Notes: generated from the letters alone by a model not told the origin. A DNA stretch of 64,000 bases from Betaproteobacteria bacterium (GCA_947466535.1 CANIEV010000003.1:38-64037); one strand, 5' to 3'; counted from the stretch's first letter, positions 32,706 to 42,467 are shown. Numbers and translations are program-made.

Positions 32706-33554
32706 ATGGCCGCAGTACTGTCATCCAAGATCCAGACCCGTCCCCTGAGCCCCAACATCGGTGCCGAAATTCTCGGGGTCGATCTGACGAAAACCGTCGA
32801 CGCCGTAACTGCCGCGGCAATTCGGGATGCCTGGTACGCGAACAATATCGTTCTGTTTCGGAACCAGAACATTTCCGAGGAAGACCAGGTTCGGTTCGCG
32901 CGCCTCTTCGGCGAACTCGGGCAGGTGATTAACAAGCACGCCGGTGTCTCCAAACAACATCCCGGCGTAATGTTCATTTCCAACATCAAGGAAAACGGCG
33001 AGCTGATCGGCGCGCTGCCTGATGGCGAAATGATGTTCCACTCGGATCAGTGCTATAGCGAAGTGCCGAGCGCGGCCAGCATGCTCTACGCGATGGAAAT
33101 TCCCTCCAAGGGCGGCGACACGCTGTTTGCCAACATGTACAAGGCCTACGAGGCAGTGCCCGCCGACATCAAGGCGAAGATCGAGGGACGGAAGGCGCTG
33201 AACGTATACGACTATGCGAACGTTCCTACCCAGCGCGGCACGACTTCGAACGATGCGCCGCGATTCGCGCACCCGGTAGTTCGCACACATCCCGCTACCG
33301 GGCGCAAGGCGTTGTATATCAATCGACTGATGACCGAATACATTCTGGATATGGACCGGGCTGAAAGTGATGCCATCCTCGCGCAACTGTTCGACATTGC
33401 CGAGAACCCGGCCTGGGTCTACGAACACAATTGGAAAGTGGGTGACATTCTCATGTGGGACAACCGCTGCACCTTGCACGCGCGCTCGGATTTCGACGCG
33501 AGCGAGCGTCGTCTGATGCGTCGAAGTGTCGTGCTTGGCGAAAAGCCGGTCTGA
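32706..33554 (+). CDS. TauD/TfdA family Fe(II)/2-oxoglutarate dioxygenase
   Basis: FHSD, GGDTLFANMY, HPVVRTHP and WDNRCTLHAR motifs. Confidence 0.92.
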   Translation: MAAVLSSKIQTRPLSPNIGAEILGVDLTKTVDAVTAAAIRDAWYANNIVLFRNQNISEEDQVRFARLFGELGQVINKHAGVSKQHPGVMFISNIKENGELIGALPDGEMMFHSDQCYSEVPSAASMLYAMEIPSKGGDTLFANMYKAYEAVPADIKAKIEGRKALNVYDYANVPTQRGTTSNDAPRFAHPVVRTHPATGRKALYINRLMTEYILDMDRAESDAILAQLFDIAENPAWVYEHNWKVGDILMWDNRCTLHARSDFDASERRLMRRSVVLGEKPV

Positions 33555-33555
33555 C

Positions 33556-34545
33556 ATGTCCACCATGCCGAAGGTCCGCCTCTCGATCGCGCTTGGCGAG
33601 TACGACCATACCCGTGATCTGACCAGCGGCCTTGTGCCGGTGGAAGGCGCGGAACTCATCGTTCTCAACCTGCCCCCGGAAGAGATCTTCTTCCGATTCA
33701 CCTTCCATCGGGAATGGGATGTGTCCGAGATGTCGATGGGCAAGTACATCTCCTTGCGCTCCCAGGGCGACAAGAGCATCACTGCCATCCCTGTGTTCGT
33801 ATCACGGGTATTCCGTCATTCGATGATCTATGTCCGCGATGATGGAAAGATCACGAAGCCCGAGCAGTTGAAGGGAAAGCGTATTGGCATTCCCGAGTGG
33901 GCACAGACCGCGACGATCTACTCCCGCGGCATGCTCGCGCATGAAGCAGGCGTCCCGCTGACATCCGTGCAATGGTTCCAGGCAGGCGTGAACGAAGCAG
34001 GGCGGGTGGAGAAGGTCAAGCTCAAGTTGCCCAAGGGCATCCGCTATCAGAGCGTTCCCGATCGGTCCCTGAACGACATGCTGCTCGCGGGCGATCTCGA
34101 TGCCGTGCTTTCCGCGCGTCCTCCCAAAGCGCTGGGCAAGGGCGTTCGTCGCCTGATCCAGAATTTTGAGCAGGCCGAGGAAGCGTATTTCCGCAAGACC
34201 GGGATTTTCCCGATCATGCATGTCGTCGTGATCCGCACCGAGCTGCTCGACCGTTATCCGTGGCTTGCGATGAATCTGCTCAAGGCCTTCGAGGAGGCGA
34301 AACAGCGCTCGCTCGCGCGCATGAGCGACATCACTGCCTCCTACGCGCCGTTCGCCTGGATCCCGGGCTACGCTGCAAAAATGCGTTCGCTGTTTGGCGA
34401 GGACTTCTGGCCCTACGGCCTGGAGAAAAACCGCACCACGATTGAAGCCTTCCTGAAGTTCGGCTTCGAACAGGGGGTTTGCCACAAGAAGCTCTCGGCA
34501 GAAGAGCTCTTTGCCAAACAGGTACTGACCTCATACAAGGTCTGA
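33556..34545 (+). CDS. 4,5-dihydroxyphthalate decarboxylase (OphC/Pht5) family protein
   Basis: GEYDHT, EEIFFR, DVSEMS, PVFVSRVFRHS, GIFPIMHVVVIR and DFWPYG; no signal peptide. Confidence 0.8.
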   Translation: MSTMPKVRLSIALGEYDHTRDLTSGLVPVEGAELIVLNLPPEEIFFRFTFHREWDVSEMSMGKYISLRSQGDKSITAIPVFVSRVFRHSMIYVRDDGKITKPEQLKGKRIGIPEWAQTATIYSRGMLAHEAGVPLTSVQWFQAGVNEAGRVEKVKLKLPKGIRYQSVPDRSLNDMLLAGDLDAVLSARPPKALGKGVRRLIQNFEQAEEAYFRKTGIFPIMHVVVIRTELLDRYPWLAMNLLKAFEEAKQRSLARMSDITASYAPFAWIPGYAAKMRSLFGEDFWPYGLEKNRTTIEAFLKFGFEQGVCHKKLSAEELFAKQVLTSYKV

Positions 34546-34563
34546 ACAGTCCCGGAGGACGAG

Positions 34564-35532
34564 ATGAAGCGATTCACCAGTACGGTAGCAGCGGCGCTTG
34601 CTGTCGCTGCCCTTTCTTCGGTCGCCATGGCGCAGAGCTATCCGAGCAAGCCCATGAAGATCGTTGCTCCTTACGCGGCAGGCGGCGCAGCGGATCTGAT
34701 GGCACGGTACATCTGCGACAAATTCCCGCAGTCGATGGGACAGCCTTGCGTCGTGGAAAACCGCCCGGGGGCGGGCGGTATCATCGGACTCGATATCGTT
34801 CTCAAATCCGAGGCGGACGGGCACACGCTGGCCATGATGCCAAACAACCTGTCCATCATTCCGACCTTGTACGCAAAGGTGCCCTACGACACGCTGAAGG
34901 ACGTCGCACCGATCGCACTTGTTTCGAGCACACCGGTGATGATTGGTACGCACCCGGGTATCCCCGCGAAAACGTTCCAGGAGCTGATGGCTTACGCCAG
35001 GGCCAACGACGGAAAGGTGAACTTCACTACCTGCGGCCCCGCTTCTCCGCAGCATCTCGCAGGTGAAATGCTCGGTTCGCTCGCGGGGTTCAAGTGGGCG
35101 CATATTCCCTACAAGGGCTGCGGCGCTGCGCTCGCTGATGTGCTCTCGGGTACTGTTCCTGTCTTCATCAGCACCTATGCGCACTTTGCACCGCAGATCA
35201 AATCCGGAAAGCTCAAGGGTCTTGCCATGCTCGGCGCCAAGCGCAGCCAGTTTGCGCCCGAGTTCGCCACAGTCGCGGAATCCGGCTTCCCCGGTTATGA
35301 GATCGACGTCTGGTTCGGGCTAGTCGGCTCCACCCGTCTTCCGCCAGCGGTGATTGTCCGGCTCAATGCCGAGGTGAACAAAGCGCTGCAACTGCCCGAT
35401 CTGCGCGACAAGCTGCTCGCCGGTCAATATGAGCCGCTGGGGGGCACGCCGGAACGATTTGCCGAAGTCATCCGTGTTGACATTGCGAAATTCGGCAAAG
35501 TCATCCGGGATGTCGGCATCAAATCCGAATAG
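34564..35532 (+). CDS. Bug/TctC tripartite tricarboxylate transporter receptor
   Basis: Signal peptide, PYAAGGAAD, VENRPGAGG and HIPYKG. Confidence 0.93.
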   Translation: MKRFTSTVAAALAVAALSSVAMAQSYPSKPMKIVAPYAAGGAADLMARYICDKFPQSMGQPCVVENRPGAGGIIGLDIVLKSEADGHTLAMMPNNLSIIPTLYAKVPYDTLKDVAPIALVSSTPVMIGTHPGIPAKTFQELMAYARANDGKVNFTTCGPASPQHLAGEMLGSLAGFKWAHIPYKGCGAALADVLSGTVPVFISTYAHFAPQIKSGKLKGLAMLGAKRSQFAPEFATVAESGFPGYEIDVWFGLVGSTRLPPAVIVRLNAEVNKALQLPDLRDKLLAGQYEPLGGTPERFAEVIRVDIAKFGKVIRDVGIKSE

Positions 35533-35542
35533 CGCGATACGC

Positions 35543-36313
35543 ATGGTCAATTCCCGCTTCGACCTTCACGACCGTGTCGTCATTATTACCGGTGCCGGTG
35601 CCGGCATCGGCAAAGTATATGCTGCCGAACTCGCGCGCGCCGGTGCGCGGGTGGTTGTCGCCGACATCGAACAGGAGGCAGCCAATGCGGTGGCCGAAGT
35701 CATCAACGGCAACGGCGGCAAGGCTGTGGCGGCCCGCGCCGACGTCACCAGCGAGTCGCACATGGCGCATATGGCCGATGTCGCGATGCACGCGTTCGGC
35801 CGGATCGATGCCCTGGTGAACAATGCTGCGCTGATGAGCACGCTCGCGCGCCGTCCCTGGCACGAGATCCCGGTCGACGAATGGGACCGTGTCATGCAGG
35901 TGAACCTGCGCGGCATGTTCCTGGCGTGTCGCGCGGTGTACCCCCAGATGAAAAAGCAGCAGTCGGGTTCGATCGTGAACATCTCCTCGAGCCGCGTGTT
36001 CGAAGGCACGCCGAACCGCCTGCACTACACGACTTCGAAAGCGGGCGTGGTCGGCTTCACCCGCGCTCTCGCGCGCGAAGTCGGGCCGGATTCGATCCGG
36101 GTCAACTGCATCGCGCCGGGACTCACGCTGTCGGAAACGCAGGTCAAGTCATCCAAGCCGGAATACCTAGCGGAGACCGCCAAGGGCCGCGCGATCGCCC
36201 GGCCGCAGATGCCAGACGATCTCATCGGCACGCTGATGTATCTCGTCTCCGATGCGAGCGTTTATCTCACCGGACAGACGATCAATGTGGATGGCGGAAA
36301 GGCGATGCACTGA
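35543..36313 (+). CDS. Short-chain dehydrogenase/reductase
   Basis: TGAGAGIG, NNAA and YTTSK motifs. Confidence 0.92.
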   Translation: MVNSRFDLHDRVVIITGAGAGIGKVYAAELARAGARVVVADIEQEAANAVAEVINGNGGKAVAARADVTSESHMAHMADVAMHAFGRIDALVNNAALMSTLARRPWHEIPVDEWDRVMQVNLRGMFLACRAVYPQMKKQQSGSIVNISSSRVFEGTPNRLHYTTSKAGVVGFTRALAREVGPDSIRVNCIAPGLTLSETQVKSSKPEYLAETAKGRAIARPQMPDDLIGTLMYLVSDASVYLTGQTINVDGGKAMH

Positions 36314-36315
36314 GC

Positions 36316-36903
36316 ATGAGCGTCGCCATTCCCCGTCTTGAACTCGAGCAGATGCCCGCGGATCTGCAGGATTACCTCGGCCCGCGCGTCAAGCGTCTCA
36401 AGTACCTTGGCGAGCTCTTCAAGTGTGCGGCCAACACGCCGGCGGTGCTGTTGTCGTTCATGCACTTTACCGATGCACTCAAGGACTCGCTGCCCGACAG
36501 CCTCACCGAAGCGGCAGTGCTCACCACCGCGACCATGATGCACAACGCCTACGAGCGTAACCAGCACGAGCGGCTGTCGGTGCGCCTCGGCTACGGTCGC
36601 GAATGGGTGGCGGAAGTGGAGAAGCTCTCGCCCGACAGTGCGGTGCTGATGAGCGGGCCCGAGCGCGCGGTTCAGCGTTATGTCATTGCTGCGATCGAAA
36701 CCCGCGGTACAAACGTGCAGGCGGAATTCGATGTGATGGCGAAACTTGTTACTCCTGGCGAGGCCGTCGCAATCGTCATGCTGGTCGGTCGCTACATCAC
36801 CCACGCCCTCGTGGTGAACACCCTTCAACTCAAACCGCCCGTGCCTTCGATTTTCGAGGACGGGTTCAACGGGGACGGCGGTCCCGCAAAGGACAAACAA
36901 TGA
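36316..36903 (+). CDS. AhpD/carboxymuconolactone decarboxylase-like protein
   Basis: Helical protein with EAAVLT...AYERNQH, resembling the YEWxxH motif of the CMD-like family. Confidence 0.6.
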   Translation: MSVAIPRLELEQMPADLQDYLGPRVKRLKYLGELFKCAANTPAVLLSFMHFTDALKDSLPDSLTEAAVLTTATMMHNAYERNQHERLSVRLGYGREWVAEVEKLSPDSAVLMSGPERAVQRYVIAAIETRGTNVQAEFDVMAKLVTPGEAVAIVMLVGRYITHALVVNTLQLKPPVPSIFEDGFNGDGGPAKDKQ

Positions 36904-37886
36904 GCCAGGATCCACTCTGGATTAGCGAATCCGACGTTGTTCAGATGCTCGACCTCGGCGAGGCGATCGGCGCACTGGAAAAGGCGCTCGTCGAGGAAGC
37001 GCGCGGCGAGGCCATGAACATGACCAAGGCGCTCATGCAGTACGGCAAGTCCAACCTGCACGCCGTCGGCGGCAAGCTCGGCAACATCGTCGGCACCAAA
37101 ACCTGGGCGCACACAGAGGGCGGCACCTGCCCGCTGCTGCTGCTCTGGGATGCGTCCAACGGTTCCCTCGTCGCGGTGATCGAGGCGTTCGCGCTCGGCA
37201 ACATGCGTACCGGCGGCATCTCCGGCGTCGCGGCCAACTGGATGGCCAAACCCTCGGCGGATGTGATGGGTCTTGTTGGCACCGGCAAGCAGGCGCTATC
37301 GCAGGTAGGCACCATGCTCGCGGTGCGGCCGATCAGGCGTGTACAGGTGTTCTCCCCCACTGCGGACAAGCGCGCGGCATTCGTCGCGAAGGTGCGCGAG
37401 GAGTTCGGCATCGAAGTCGTGGACTGCACGAGCGCCGAGGCCGCCTGCAAGGGCGCACAGATCGTCACCCTCGTTACCCGGGCCACCCAGCCGTTCGTCA
37501 CCCCGGCCATGCTCGAACCCGGTACCCACCTCAACGCCGTCGGCGCGATCGCGCCTGACCGCGAGGAATTCACCCAGGACATGTTCGCCCGCGTCACCGC
37601 GGTGGCGGTGGACAATGTGTCGGGCGTGCAGGCGCTGTCGCGCGAGTTCATGACGTACTACGGCCGGGCCGGATGGGAGACTGTGCAGCCTTTGTCCAAA
37701 CTCATCGCGTCCGGCCGGCGTCGTACGGACAAGGACGACATCACCCTGTTCAAGGCAATGGGCATGGGCATTTCGGATCTCGCGCTCGGGGTCGAACTCG
37801 CAAAGCGGGCCCGCGAACGCGGTGTGGGGCGGGTCATGCCGCAACCCAAGAAGGTCAAGCCGCGGCTGGTAACCGGGAAAAAGTAA
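36900..37886 (+). CDS. Ornithine cyclodeaminase / mu-crystallin family protein
   Basis: MRTGGISGVA, GTGKQA, HLNAVG and LFKAMGMGISDLA motifs. Confidence 0.88.
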   Translation: MSQDPLWISESDVVQMLDLGEAIGALEKALVEEARGEAMNMTKALMQYGKSNLHAVGGKLGNIVGTKTWAHTEGGTCPLLLLWDASNGSLVAVIEAFALGNMRTGGISGVAANWMAKPSADVMGLVGTGKQALSQVGTMLAVRPIRRVQVFSPTADKRAAFVAKVREEFGIEVVDCTSAEAACKGAQIVTLVTRATQPFVTPAMLEPGTHLNAVGAIAPDREEFTQDMFARVTAVAVDNVSGVQALSREFMTYYGRAGWETVQPLSKLIASGRRRTDKDDITLFKAMGMGISDLALGVELAKRARERGVGRVMPQPKKVKPRLVTGKK

Positions 37887-37936
37887 CCAGCCGTTGGTGT
37901 GAAGAGCAATCGCAAATACCACTCAAGGAGGTTCAA

Positions 37937-39070
37937 ATGAGCAACGAGTTTCGCAAGGACTTCAAGGCCGGAAAGACGCGTTTCATTGACCGCACCGGCA
38001 AACCGCTTATCGACGAGAACGACTACTGGGCGCCGATGATCATCTCGAAGGAAGACATCGACGCCGAGATCGAGCGCCTGGCCTCGATGCCCGTGCCTGC
38101 CAACGGCCGTCGCGAGTCGCTTATTGCGCATCCGCAGTCCGAGGCGAACGCCCCGGGCCTCGCCCCCGGAATCCAGGTCAAGCTCTCTGTGCTCAAGCCG
38201 GGCGAGAAGTCCGCACCGTTCCGTCACAATGCCACTGAAGTGAATTTCTGCATCCGCGGTTCGGGCCACACCGTGGTCGCGGGCAAGACGATCGCGTTCC
38301 AGCAGTACGACGTATGGAACCATCCGTCGTTTGCGATCCATCAGCACGTCAACGACGGCAAGGATATTCAGGTTCGCCTGACCTACTCCAACGTTCCGCT
38401 GCTGCAGCACATGCAGACCTATCTGCCGGAAGAGTACCCGTCACCCGCCGTGCACTCGGTCGATCCGGTTGAAGCGAAGAAGCTCGCCGACGATCCGACG
38501 CGCAAGAACCCGTTCGGGATTTTTCCGATCAACGACGACGGCGGTCTGCTGATGCCCTATGAGACCCTGATCAACCCGACCCCGGTCATCTCCAAGGCGT
38601 TGCACTTCTCCTGGCAGAAGGCCAAGACCGAACTCGACAAGCTCGAGGCGCTCGGCAAGTCTTATGTCGGCCGCCGCCTGTACATGTACTACAACCCGGT
38701 CACCGGACGCACCAACGGCATCACGCCGAACTTCTTCGCGACCATGACCATCCGTCCGCCGAAGATCGTCGACAAGCCGCACCGTCACTCGTCGGCCGCG
38801 ATCAACTACTACTTCCAAGGCAGCGGCTACTCCACCGTCGCGGGGAACCGCTACGAATGGAAAGCGGGCGACCTGATGCTGTCGGCCCCGGGATGGGCGG
38901 TGCACAACCACGCGTCGTACGACGACCACGTGTACGAGCTCACCGTCCAGGACCAGCCGCTCAACCTCTACATGGAATCCCTGCTCTGGCAGGAAGACCT
39001 GAAGCACCCGGCGCTGGTGCTCGGCACCGAGTCGGGCTTCGAGACCAACCGCCAGAAGATCGCGGCCTAG
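37937..39070 (+). CDS. Bicupin dioxygenase, gentisate 1,2-dioxygenase-like
   Basis: Two cupin domains; PHRHSSAAI...GSGYS...WKAGDL...PGWAVHNH and YYNPVTG; strong AAGGAGG RBS. Confidence 0.75.
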   Translation: MSNEFRKDFKAGKTRFIDRTGKPLIDENDYWAPMIISKEDIDAEIERLASMPVPANGRRESLIAHPQSEANAPGLAPGIQVKLSVLKPGEKSAPFRHNATEVNFCIRGSGHTVVAGKTIAFQQYDVWNHPSFAIHQHVNDGKDIQVRLTYSNVPLLQHMQTYLPEEYPSPAVHSVDPVEAKKLADDPTRKNPFGIFPINDDGGLLMPYETLINPTPVISKALHFSWQKAKTELDKLEALGKSYVGRRLYMYYNPVTGRTNGITPNFFATMTIRPPKIVDKPHRHSSAAINYYFQGSGYSTVAGNRYEWKAGDLMLSAPGWAVHNHASYDDHVYELTVQDQPLNLYMESLLWQEDLKHPALVLGTESGFETNRQKIAA

Positions 39071-39080
39071 GGCATCGGTA

Positions 39081-39131
39081 GAACAAGGGGGCGACGCCCC
39101 CTTGTAAATTCCCCAATTCAGAGGGAAGCTC
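39081..39131 (+). repeat. REP-like element, copy 1
   Basis: GTAG-A followed by the ACAAGGGGGCGACGCCCCCTTGT hairpin and a ...CAGAGGGAAGCTC tail; inverted copy at 43542-43594. Confidence 0.75.
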
Positions 39132-39184
39132 ATCAGGATTCATCTGCACTCTGGTACAAATTCACTGCTTCCCAAGTAAGACGC

Positions 39185-39224
39185 CGCCGCCCGTCCGATA
39201 TCCTTGCGGGCGGCGTTTTGTTTT
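39185..39224 (+). terminator. Terminator-like hairpin upstream of the aldolase gene
   Basis: CGCCGCCCG / CGGGCGGCG stem followed by TTTTGTTTT. Confidence 0.6.
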
Positions 39225-39266
39225 GCAGCATCGCGACACATCAAGCACAACACAGGAAGGACGCAT

Positions 39267-40166
39267 ATGATCAAACTGGACCCGAAGTTCCTCATCGGCT
39301 CAGTGCCGCCGCTCATCACTCCGTTCAAGAACGGCAAGGTTGATTTCGACACCTACGGCAAACTGATCGAGTTCCAGATCAAGAACGGCACCCACGGAAT
39401 TCTGGTCAACGGCACCACCTCCGAGCCCTCGACCCTCACTATCGCCGAGCGCAACGATCTGGTGAAGTTCGCGGTGGATGCAGTGAAAAAACGCGTTCCG
39501 GTGGTAGCCCAGACCGGTTCGCAGTCGCATGCCGATTCGGTGGAACTCACCGAATTCGCCAACAAGGCGGGCGCCGATGCCCTGCTGATCCTCACGCCCT
39601 ACTTCATCCGCCCGCCGCAGCGCGGCGTCGTCGAATACTTCGTCGATCTCGGCAAACGAACCAATCTGCCGATGATGATGTATCACATCCCCGGACGCTC
39701 GGCCTTCAAGGTGGAAATGGCCACGCTTCAGGCGATCATGGAAAAGACGCCGCATTTCGTCGGCATCAAGCACGCGTTCGATGACCACAATTTCGTCTCC
39801 GAAATGATCCAGACGCTCGGACCCGAATTCCGCATCTTCGTCGGCCTCGAGGAATTCACCTTTTCGATGATGGCGATGGGTTCGCTCGGGACGATGAATG
39901 CTGCCGCGAACGTGATGCCCGCCAAGGTCGCGCAGATGTGCAACGAGGTGCTCGCGGGCAACATGGCAGCCGCGCGCAAGCTGCACTACGAGATGTTCGA
40001 AGTCATGAAGGCGATCTTCTACGACACGAACCCGATTCCGATGAAGTACATGATGAAGCGCCTTGGCATCATCGAGCGCAACGAGCATCGTCTGCCGATG
40101 GTGCCCGCCACGCCGGAGCTCGAGAAGCGCCTCGACGGCGTTCTGCAGCGCGCCGGCCTGCTGTAA
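39267..40166 (+). CDS. DapA/NanA-family class I aldolase (catabolic HpaI-like type)
   Basis: PLITPF, NGTTSE, YHIPGR, Schiff-base GIKH and TNPIPMK; catabolic context. Confidence 0.8.
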   Translation: MIKLDPKFLIGSVPPLITPFKNGKVDFDTYGKLIEFQIKNGTHGILVNGTTSEPSTLTIAERNDLVKFAVDAVKKRVPVVAQTGSQSHADSVELTEFANKAGADALLILTPYFIRPPQRGVVEYFVDLGKRTNLPMMMYHIPGRSAFKVEMATLQAIMEKTPHFVGIKHAFDDHNFVSEMIQTLGPEFRIFVGLEEFTFSMMAMGSLGTMNAAANVMPAKVAQMCNEVLAGNMAAARKLHYEMFEVMKAIFYDTNPIPMKYMMKRLGIIERNEHRLPMVPATPELEKRLDGVLQRAGLL

Positions 40167-40410
40167 TCGGCACCGGTAGCCGCTCTGCGAGGCTGGCATG
40201 CTGAGCGGCTGATTTTATGTCGGCGCCCGGGCGTACCCGATGTACGTCGAGTACCGGGTGCCCCCGAGTGCGGGGGTTCCCGCTGCGCGCATTCCGGTTG
40301 TGCTCGTGCATGGCGGTGCCACACCGGCGTTTGCTACACCTCCACGCTCGATGACCGCCCTGGCTGGAGCTTAAGAACCTGTAACGCCTCCGCCCCCTCG
40401 TCGCGGCGCC

Positions 40411-41334
40411 TTATTCCCGTCGCGTTGTCCGGAACAGCTGCCGCACCTGGTCGCGCAGCCAACGGTTGGCCGGGTCCGCATCGAAGCGCTTGTGCCAGTA
40501 CTGGTGCACCTGGAATCCGCCCGGATCGAAGGGCAGCGGCAACGCCCGCACCGCAAGCGGCCGCGGCAGCTCGGGAATGATTTCCTCCGGCACCGCCACC
40601 AGCAGGTCGGTCTTGGCCACGATCAGCGGCGCGACGAGGTAATGCGGCACGGTCAACGCGATCCGGCAGGTTAGGCGGTGCGTGTTCAGCATCTGCTCGA
40701 ACACCCCCGGCCCCGCGCCCGGCATTTCCACCGCGATATGGGACGCGGCGAGAAATTTCTTCAACGACATGCGCGAACCGATCTGCGGATGACCCTTGCG
40801 CACCAGGCACACGTAGCGGTCCTCGTAGAGGTGTTCCCGCAGCAGACCCGCATCGGGCCGCACATCGCGCACTATCGCGAGATCCACCTCCCCTGCCTCG
40901 AGCGCGTCGCGGTGCCGGTCGCGCGGCAGCTGCACCGAGCGCACGCTCACCGTTGGGGCCACCTTCTCCAGGTGCCGGATCAGGCGCGGCAGGATCACGA
41001 TTTCGCCCACATCCGACAGCAGCAGGCGGAAGGTCCTGTCCGAGCTCGCGGGAACGAAGGCGAACTCGCCCTCGAGGCTGTCGCGCAGCATTGCAAGTGC
41101 CCTCTGTACCGGACCGGCGAGCCGCAATGCGAGCGCGCTCGGCTGCATGCCCTCGCGCGAGCGCACGAACAGCGGGTCGCCGCACTGCTCGCGCAGGCGC
41201 GACAGCGCATTGCTCATCGATGGTTGCGAGAGTCCCACCGCGGCGCCGGCACGGGTTACGCTGCGTTCGCGCATCAGCGCATCGAACACCACCAGCAGGT
41301 TCAGGTCGAAGGCAGTGATATGTCGCTTGGCCAT
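40411..41334 (-). CDS. LysR family regulator (NahR/DntR-like)
   Basis: FDLNLLVVFDALMRERSVTRA...SQPSMSNALSRLR and DPANRWLR. Confidence 0.93.
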   Translation of the reverse strand: MAKRHITAFDLNLLVVFDALMRERSVTRAGAAVGLSQPSMSNALSRLREQCGDPLFVRSREGMQPSALALRLAGPVQRALAMLRDSLEGEFAFVPASSDRTFRLLLSDVGEIVILPRLIRHLEKVAPTVSVRSVQLPRDRHRDALEAGEVDLAIVRDVRPDAGLLREHLYEDRYVCLVRKGHPQIGSRMSLKKFLAASHIAVEMPGAGPGVFEQMLNTHRLTCRIALTVPHYLVAPLIVAKTDLLVAVPEEIIPELPRPLAVRALPLPFDPGGFQVHQYWHKRFDADPANRWLRDQVRQLFRTTRRE

Positions 41335-41411
41335 GTCGGGTATGGTCAGAATCAATTGGACAAATATAGCGTCCTGGCTGACATTGCGGCTCGAATTAAA
41401 AGGAGGAATGC

Positions 41412-42467
41412 ATGGGCAACAAGATCCTGATGGTCGGCAGTGTCCCCCTGGAGACAGCCGAAGAGGTATTTCGCATGTTCGCGCCGGCTCTTGGCCGGGG
41501 GCTCGCATCCATTCCCGATGGCGAGCTTGGTGAGCGTCGCTGGTGGGTGCAACGCTTTCCGCGCGTGCTGTATAGCAAGCATCCCGATATCGAGACGCTC
41601 GAGCGGCCGCCCGAGGAAGATCTCAGGACCGAGCGACTGACACGCCGCGGCCGGGGCAAGGGCTGGCGATTCCGCATCCGCGAAGGCGTACGCGAATTGC
41701 GCTTTGCCGATCCCGGCACCGGTCTCGGATTCACCGACGATGCGGTGGCCTCCTATGCGGTGTTTCGCAGGATGCGCGACGAGGGCGTGATTCCCGCCGA
41801 TGTACGCTTCCAGGTCTCGATCCCGCTGCCCAACAGCTCGGCCGCACCGAGCGTGATCGTGATGGAGGACCTCGAGCGTTTTCGCCGCGCGATGCGAGAC
41901 GGCCTGCGCGCGGAAGCCGCCGAGATCGTGCGCCGCATACCCAACGAGGACCTCGCCATTCAGTGGGACGGTTCCTGGGAGATCACCGATATCTACGGAG
42001 GCGTGCCCGAGATGGACCCGGCAGGCGCTATGGCACGCAACATCGAGCAACTGCGCGACCTGTCGAAGGACATACCTGACAAGGTGATGCTCGGCTATCA
42101 CCTGTGCTTTGGCACCTTCGGCGGCTGGCCGCGCTTCGCACCGCCCGATCTCGGCCGCGCGGTCGAATACGCCAATGCGATGATCGCCGCCACCGGTCGT
42201 CGGGTGGACTGGATGCACCTCCCCACGCTCGATACGGTGGATGATGCCTTTTATGCGCCGCTGACCGGCCTGAATGTGGGTGGCGCACGTGTGTACCTCG
42301 GCATGGTGCACAGCATGGGCAGCTTCGATTCGCGGCTCGCGGTGGCGAAGCGGCACCTGCCCGATTTCGGTCTGGGCGCTTATTGCGGTTTTGGCCGTAT
42401 TCCGCCCGCGGACCTGCCCGGCATCGTGCAGGACCATGTCCGGGCGCTCAAGGCGCTCGAAGCCTGA
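41412..42467 (+). CDS. MetE/UROD-superfamily single-barrel Zn protein of unknown function
   Basis: VGSVPL, IPDGE, IQWD, GYHLCFG and YCGFGR motifs. Confidence 0.7.
   Translation: MGNKILMVGSVPLETAEEVFRMFAPALGRGLASIPDGELGERRWWVQRFPRVLYSKHPDIETLERPPEEDLRTERLTRRGRGKGWRFRIREGVRELRFADPGTGLGFTDDAVASYAVFRRMRDEGVIPADVRFQVSIPLPNSSAAPSVIVMEDLERFRRAMRDGLRAEAAEIVRRIPNEDLAIQWDGSWEITDIYGGVPEMDPAGAMARNIEQLRDLSKDIPDKVMLGYHLCFGTFGGWPRFAPPDLGRAVEYANAMIAATGRRVDWMHLPTLDTVDDAFYAPLTGLNVGGARVYLGMVHSMGSFDSRLAVAKRHLPDFGLGAYCGFGRIPPADLPGIVQDHVRALKALEA

Noticed and set aside
39267-40166. Calling the aldolase dapA
   Set aside because: GTTSE replaces GTTGE, KH replaces KE, and the context is catabolic, so a lysine-biosynthesis role is not supported.
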